Origin: Vicugna vicugna
Lineage: Eukaryota
Direction: 5' to 3'
Assembly (NCBI GenBank): GCA_013265495.1
Contig: MU058452.1
Span: 186,001 to 250,000 of the forward strand
DNA: 64,000 nt
The stretch's first letter is position 1. Each line of letters begins with the position of its first letter. Shown in pieces: positions 63,721-64,000 of this stretch. The notes under the pieces are model-generated. The model did not search any database and was not told where the DNA came from. It saw only the letters and a program-made list of their open reading frames with translations. A program made the position numbers and the translations under genes.

Positions 63721-64000
63721 ACTGTATGTATCTGAGTAATTTTTTTCTTTCTTTCTTGCCCCCATGTTCTCACAGTGAGCTGTATTATAAGTAATCATGG
63801 GAAAAACAATAAGACAATGTTTAAGCAAACAATTGAATATTGAAGAATATAATCTCAATTTAAGGCACTGGTATCACATCTGGAAAGGCCAGCGAATTTG
63901 ATGTGTATAGATGACCAAGCATTTCCTCTCCTCTTTATTTAGACCTGAAGTTGACACGCCTTTGGAGTTTTCTTAGTTCTCATTGAGGACACGTGGTTGT

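Overview
Mammalian nuclear DNA, most likely from a camelid (alpaca, llama or camel). The evidence is four copies of a tRNA-derived SINE matching the camelid vic-1 type plus cetartiodactyl-type L1 3' ends. I cannot support any protein-coding gene or functional RNA gene. The only ORFs with recognisable protein similarity are transposon relics: an L1 ORF2 C-terminus at 42558-42839 and a Tc2/Kanga transposase remnant near 35950-36070. The window looks like intergenic or deep intronic sequence. It carries lineage-specific L1/SINE insertions with target-site duplications (TSDs), ancient MIR, L2, MLT1 and DNA-transposon fragments, microsatellites, and several GC/CpG-rich or motif-dense patches that may be regulatory. 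The most notable structures are: (i) an L1 at 61092-61634 whose apparent 5' end is fused directly to its 3' UTR inside one TSD, with a SINE nested in it; (ii) a SINE at 62.8 kb with a perfect 16-bp terminal inverted repeat; (iii) a perfect 46-bp tandem duplication across an L1 5' junction; (iv) two 5'-inverted (twin-primed) L1s; (v) a Kanga/Tc2 element with nested inserts. I found no evidence of a new multi-gene system. Repeat family names come from my recollection of consensus sequences, not from a database search.
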